DNA of 32,000 nucleotides from Patescibacteria group bacterium (GTDB lineage Bacteria; Patescibacteriota; Patescibacteriia; UBA2591; UBA6264): NCBI GenBank assembly GCA_028713575.1, contig JAQTOB010000005.1, positions 26,978 to 58,977 of the forward strand, read 5' to 3'. Shown piece by piece: positions 29,527 to 32,000 of this stretch (position 1 is its first letter; each line of letters starts with the position of its first letter). The notes under the pieces were generated by a model. It saw only the letters and a program-made list of their open reading frames with translations, ran no database searches and was not told where the DNA came from. The position numbers and the translations under genes were made by a program.

Positions 29527-30267
29527 TTAAAAAATCAATTCAAGAAAAAAACCAATAAAACAAATAAAACCGAAAAATAGGGCAAATTTAAAAAAATCTA
29601 TTTTTTTTGACAGCTTGATTAAAAAATGCAAAGTTAAAATTCCGGTGAAAAAAGCGGTGATTAAAGCCGGCCAGGAATTCAAAACCAAACCGGAATCTTG
29701 CAAAAATAAATAAAAAGTTGAAGCAAAAACAATGGGGACAGACATTAAATAGGAAATTTTCAAAATTTTTTCCGGTTCGGTTTTTCCCAAAGACAAACCG
29801 AAAATCGTTGCTCCAGAACGAGACAATCCGGGAATAACCGCCAGGCCTTGCAAAAAACCAACAATCAAGGCCAAATATTTTTCCCCTTTGTTCCAAATAA
29901 TATTTTTTTTATGGAAATAAGCTGTGACCAGCAAACCGCACCCCATTATTAATAAAAGACCGCTCCCTAAAGTCGCATTCTTTGCTATCTTATAAAGAGG
30001 GAAGCCAATAATCAAAGAAATGGCAGTAGAAATAAATAAAAAAGAAAATAATTTTTTATCTTTAAATCTAATGATTTCCCACCAGTCTTTCCAAAAATAA
30101 ATAATCGCAACCAAAAGCGTGCTTAAATGCAAAAACAAAGCCAGGTCAATTGGATTAAAATCCTTAATCAGGAAACGACTAAAAATGGCTGTTATTCCTT
30201 CGCTGGAAATAGGAAGCCATTCAAAGATTCCCTGAATAATTCCTAAAAAAATATATTGCCACAACAT
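29527..30267 (-). CDS. uppP: Undecaprenyl-diphosphate phosphatase
   Basis: 246-aa polytopic protein. The BacA/UppP motifs GIIQGIFEWLPISSEG and PGLSRSGATI are present. Confidence 0.9.
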   Translation of the reverse strand: MLWQYIFLGIIQGIFEWLPISSEGITAIFSRFLIKDFNPIDLALFLHLSTLLVAIIYFWKDWWEIIRFKDKKLFSFLFISTAISLIIGFPLYKIAKNATLGSGLLLIMGCGLLVTAYFHKKNIIWNKGEKYLALIVGFLQGLAVIPGLSRSGATIFGLSLGKTEPEKILKISYLMSVPIVFASTFYLFLQDSGLVLNSWPALITAFFTGILTLHFLIKLSKKIDFFKFALFFGFICFIGFFLELIF

Positions 30268-30461
30268 ACATCTAAAAACATAACAAATTTCTCCTCTTTG
30301 TCAAACAATTAAATTGACTTATTTTTAATATCTGTTATAGTAAAATTACTTTATAAGTCGTTATCTTAGTCAAGTTCAATAATTTAAATAAAATTGTAAC
30401 TTTAAAAAGTAAAGCGACTTAGAAATTAAAAGGTCGCTTTATTTAAAGCAAAAGTATTATT

Positions 30462-30656
30462 ATGGAAAATCGAAGAAGCAATTACCGTGGAGACAGGGGC
30501 GGAAACTCTCAACCCCGTCAAATGATCCAGGGAAATTGGAAATGTTCTGAATGCGGAAAAGAAATAACCGAACTTCCTTTTGAGCCAGCGGCAGACCGGC
30601 CAATTTATTGCCGTGATTGCTGGTTTCAAAAGAGAAATCAAAGATTCAATCAGTAG
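30462..30656 (+). CDS. CxxC...CxxC zinc-ribbon protein (CxxC-x17-CxxC family-like)
   Basis: 64 aa. A basic, G/R-rich N-terminus is followed by WKCSECGKEITELPFEPAADRPIYCRDCW, matching the W.C..C....lPF.P...rP.yC..C pattern of that family. Confidence 0.75.
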   Translation: MENRRSNYRGDRGGNSQPRQMIQGNWKCSECGKEITELPFEPAADRPIYCRDCWFQKRNQRFNQ

Positions 30657-30669
30657 TCCAATTTTAAAT

Positions 30670-30705
30670 AAAAATTCGCGAATTAATTCGCGAATTTTTA
30701 TTATT
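30670..30705 (+). terminator. Rho-independent (palindromic, potentially bidirectional) terminator
   Basis: A perfect 30-nt palindrome, AAAAATTCGCGAATTAATTCGCGAATTTTT (30670-30699), is followed by ATTATT. It lies 14 nt after the zinc-ribbon stop. Confidence 0.65.
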
Positions 30706-30720
30706 CTCAAAAATTTTTTC

Positions 30721-30748
30721 TTGACAAATTAAAATAAATTTGTATAAT
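30721..30748 (+). promoter_or_regulatory. Consensus sigma70-like promoter of the atp operon
   Basis: TTGACA (30721-30726), a 16-nt spacer, then TATAAT (30743-30748). It lies about 38 nt upstream of the first atp ORF. Confidence 0.65.
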
Positions 30749-30785
30749 TTTAAAATAAATCATTTTATAACAAAGGTCTTTTAAA

Positions 30786-31085
30786 ATGGAAAATAATCAA
30801 ACAAAACTTTATCAAGAGAGGGAAAAATATAGACACCGAGCATTTTTAATGATGTTGGAAATCGGCATTATTCTCGCTCTGCCTGCTTTTGCCGCTCTTT
30901 TCGCGGGAATACGCCTTGACCAAAATTATAAAAGTGGAAAATTTTATACCTTTTCGCTTTTATTTTTATCTTTCATTCTCTCTTGGATGGTAATTATTAT
31001 TAAATACGTCCGTTTTAACAAAAAAATAAAAAGTATTGACAAAGAAATAAAAGAACTGAAAGAATTAAAAGAAGAAATAAAATGA
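30786..31085 (+). CDS. AtpZ/AtpI-like small membrane protein preceding ATP synthase genes
   Basis: 99 aa with two hydrophobic helices (ILALPAFAALFAGIRLD..., FSLLFLSFILSWMVIII). It overlaps atpB by 4 nt (ATGA), which suggests translational coupling. Confidence 0.55.
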   Translation: MENNQTKLYQEREKYRHRAFLMMLEIGIILALPAFAALFAGIRLDQNYKSGKFYTFSLLFLSFILSWMVIIIKYVRFNKKIKSIDKEIKELKELKEEIK

Positions 31086-31867
31086 ATCCGATTCAAATTG
31101 TTGCGGAAAAACCGAATATTGCGCCGGAAATTATTTTCAATATTGGTTCTTTCCCCGTTACTAATTCTCTAATTATGACCTGGCTGATTATTTTGATTAT
31201 TATTGCTATTTGTTTCTTCACTTCTAAAAAATTAAAACTTAAGCCCGGCTCAAAACAAAATATCATTGAAATTCTTTATCAAGGCATCTACGGTTTAATA
31301 GACCAAACAACCGGAGACAAAAAATATACTAAAAAACTTCTCTATTTAATTGCTCCTTTGTTTATTTTTATTGGTTTAGCCAATCTTTTGGGGATTATCA
31401 TCCCCTTTTTAAGTAGTATCACCTATAAAGGAATGTCTGTTTTCAGAACGCCAACAACTGATTTTAATATAACCGTTTCTTTGGCCTTGGCGATGATTTT
31501 ACTGATTCAATGGGTTAGTATTAGAAAACGAGGATTATTTTCCCACTTCCTAAAGTATTTTCAATTTCATGAAATAATAAAAGGTTTTGGAAAAGGAATT
31601 AACGCCGGCATAATGGGAATAATAAATTTTATTCTCGGCTTAATGGATATTATCACCGAGTTTGCCCGAATCATCTCCCTTTCTGTTCGTTTATTCGGCA
31701 ATATTTTTGCCGGTGAAACATTAGCGATAATCATTCTCGGCGGCCTCGCCTATATCTTGCCTTCTGTTTGGATGGCCATGAACTTGTTTACCGGGACCAT
31801 CCAAGCTATGGTTTTTGGTTGTTTAACTACTGCTTATTACATGTTAGCGGTCAAAGAAACAGAATAA
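31082..31867 (+). CDS. atpB: F0F1 ATP synthase subunit a
   Basis: 261-aa polytopic protein. It carries the conserved arginine motif SLSVRLFGNIFAGE. Confidence 0.9.
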   Translation: MNPIQIVAEKPNIAPEIIFNIGSFPVTNSLIMTWLIILIIIAICFFTSKKLKLKPGSKQNIIEILYQGIYGLIDQTTGDKKYTKKLLYLIAPLFIFIGLANLLGIIIPFLSSITYKGMSVFRTPTTDFNITVSLALAMILLIQWVSIRKRGLFSHFLKYFQFHEIIKGFGKGINAGIMGIINFILGLMDIITEFARIISLSVRLFGNIFAGETLAIIILGGLAYILPSVWMAMNLFTGTIQAMVFGCLTTAYYMLAVKETE

Positions 31868-31895
31868 TATAATTAATAAATAAATATATAAATCT

Positions 31896-32000
31896 ATGGA
31901 AGAACAATTTATTATTGAGGCGGCTTGTCTTTTGGCCAAAGGATTTTGCACCTTAACCATGGGATTCTCGGCCATTGGTGAAGGATTTTTAATTGGGAAG
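31896..32000 (+). CDS. atpE: F0F1 ATP synthase subunit c, partial (runs off the right edge)
   Basis: Not in the ORF track. The ATG at 31896 gives MEEQFIIEAACLLAKGFCTLTMGFSAIGEGFLIGK..., the glycine-rich first helix expected of a c-subunit, at the expected position after atpB. Confidence 0.7.
   Translation, partial: MEEQFIIEAACLLAKGFCTLTMGFSAIGEGFLIGK

Noticed and set aside
29588-29896. 102-aa minus-strand ORF inside uppP
   Set aside because: It is an alternative frame of the well-supported uppP CDS, and its F/R/G/N-rich product has no recognisable features.
30426-30710. 94-aa minus-strand ORF
   Set aside because: It is antisense to the zinc-ribbon gene, which has a conserved family pattern plus its own terminator. 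The ORF also spans that palindromic terminator.
1-32000. Alternative genetic code (UGA recoding, as in some CPR lineages), CRISPR arrays, tRNA/rRNA genes, transposases/integrases or prophage
   Set aside because: All conserved genes are full-length under the standard code with TAA/TAG stops where I checked. I saw no short-repeat/spacer arrays, no cloverleaf-sized GC-rich islands in the spacers, and no ORF with recombinase or transposase motifs.

Overview
This window is AT-rich and gene-dense. All genes from 1 to 30267 are on the minus strand, and the strand switches to plus at about 30.3 kb. All calls come from reading the ORF translations and the DNA by eye; no searches were run.

The housekeeping backbone is gatB (partial at the left edge and missing from the ORF track), a polyprenyl glycosylphosphotransferase, RNase P RNA, rnhA, recJ, serS, lysS, greA, pbp2-mreD-mreC, yqeY, rpsU, parB, parA, an MFS transporter, uppP, a CxxC zinc-ribbon protein, and the start of the atp operon (atpZ-like, atpB, partial atpE).

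Several traits suggest a small-genome Patescibacteria/CPR-like bacterium, as an inference. These are the VirB2-like pilin module, the thrombospondin-type-3 (TSP3) repeat proteins, the CxxC-CxxC protein and the expanded RNase P RNA. The standard genetic code fits all conserved genes.

The stand-out region is 12156-24894, a co-directional three-gene surface cluster:
- The first gene encodes a 3258-aa protein. A signal peptide and a VirB2/TrbC-like two-helix pilin module are fused to about 3100 aa of predicted extracellular domains: Ig-like, IPT/TIG, propeller-like and pilin-like.
- That protein ends in a 514-aa tip with about 16% cysteine. The tip carries knottin-like, disintegrin-like and CGDG..GE.CD-type motifs plus three tandem Cys repeats.
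- Two single-pass membrane proteins with TSP3-type calcium-binding motifs follow.

I propose this cluster as a candidate host/cell-attachment apparatus. That function is a hypothesis only.

Other notable items are a roughly 145-nt structured insertion in RNase P RNA, mutually exclusive long hairpins in the rpsU-yqeY spacer, and a 13-bp motif array between two of the surface genes.
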